A DNA stretch of 63,856 nt, counting the filler, from Sphacelaria rigidula (lineage: Eukaryota), in assembly GCA_964200075.2 (NCBI GenBank). It is 10 parts of 10 records of this genome, joined end to end, with 100 filler letters (N's around TTAATTAATTAA, not from the genome) between each part and the next. Parts side by side here need not be neighbours in the genome. Positions count along the whole stretch, not along the records: positions 57,562 to 63,856 come from CAXNAA020020956.1; 9 more parts are not named here. The stretch is one strand, 5' to 3'. The position numbers were made by a program, and so were the translations under genes. Under the pieces are notes generated by a model, which saw only the letters and a program-made list of their open reading frames with translations, was not told the origin of the DNA and made no database searches. This document shows positions 63,176 through 63,856 of this stretch, piece by piece. The stretch's first letter is position 1; each line of letters starts with the position of its first letter.

Positions 63176-63856
63176 GAGATCGCACCACTCGCGTTCGTAA
63201 AAATATATCGGCGGTACGCTGAGAGAGTGGCAACGAACAGCCAGGGTCACTGAGTAACGATGCCTGCAATGAGACTGTAACAGTGACGACTGAACCTACT
63301 GTAGATATCCAAAACAACACGGGTTAGAAAAGCACGTGCGGTTGTGGACATCTGTTTGTACGGCAAAACTGGATACAATTTCGCGAAAATGAAAATCAAG
63401 TGGGGAGTGACTCATGGACGAACTAATGATAAGCGGGCGGTTGTCGCACATCTGGCATCAACAAGAGCTCATGCGCGCGCGTGTGTGTAGAAACCAACCG
63501 TTAGTACGCAGTAGTCCGCAAACGCAGCGAGCAAGAGTATGAGTGCGTGAGTGTGTGTACTTTTTCGCGGCACAAAGCGCGTCTACTAAGGACCGAAGGA
63601 ACCGGGTACATGACTGCCCCAAAACACCGTACCTACCCTTGCAGGATACCATGCCTCCTCCGCCCCCCCCCCCACCACGAAAAAGTTATGGGAAACTGGG
63701 ATCAGAGGAAACATGCGGAGGACGGTGAAGAAGACGACAGAATGTACCACAAGTGCTCTTATGCTTGACAGGGACATATCAGTAAAAAGGCAATGGCCTA
63801 GAAAAGGTATACCTTCTCGTTTTTTGCCTAACAAAGGTACGAAAAATGGCCAGAAA

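Overview
Eukaryotic, repeat-rich genomic DNA, most likely a brown alga (inferred from GT-AG exon structure, TTAGGG repeats and recalled repeat families; not verified). The window is not one locus. It is ten contigs of 6,295-6,297 bp, apparently sorted by length and joined by artificial 100-bp spacers (N-run, TTAATTAATTAA, N-run), so nothing should be inferred across spacers. Retroelements: a decayed Ty3/Gypsy-type element with a very long gag (contig 1); an RT-deleted chromodomain Gypsy (contig 4); a gag-like ORF with LTR, PBS and a splice donor just before its ATG (contig 5); a decayed Copia RT/RNase H (contig 8); and a structurally complete Copia lacking RT/RNase H (contig 10). There are also LINE and SINE fragments and many, often nested, MITEs (hAT, piggyBac-like, Tc1/mariner-like, foldback). 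Host gene fragments: a divergent pair (a secreted protein and an SLC10A7/SBF-like transporter), an OCRL/INPP5B-like ASH-domain gene, a sulfotransferase-fold exon, an intronless 12-Cys secreted protein, and the 3' exons of cathepsin B. I found no convincing complete novel multi-gene system. The best leads are the unusual retroelement architectures and the lineage-specific proteins.
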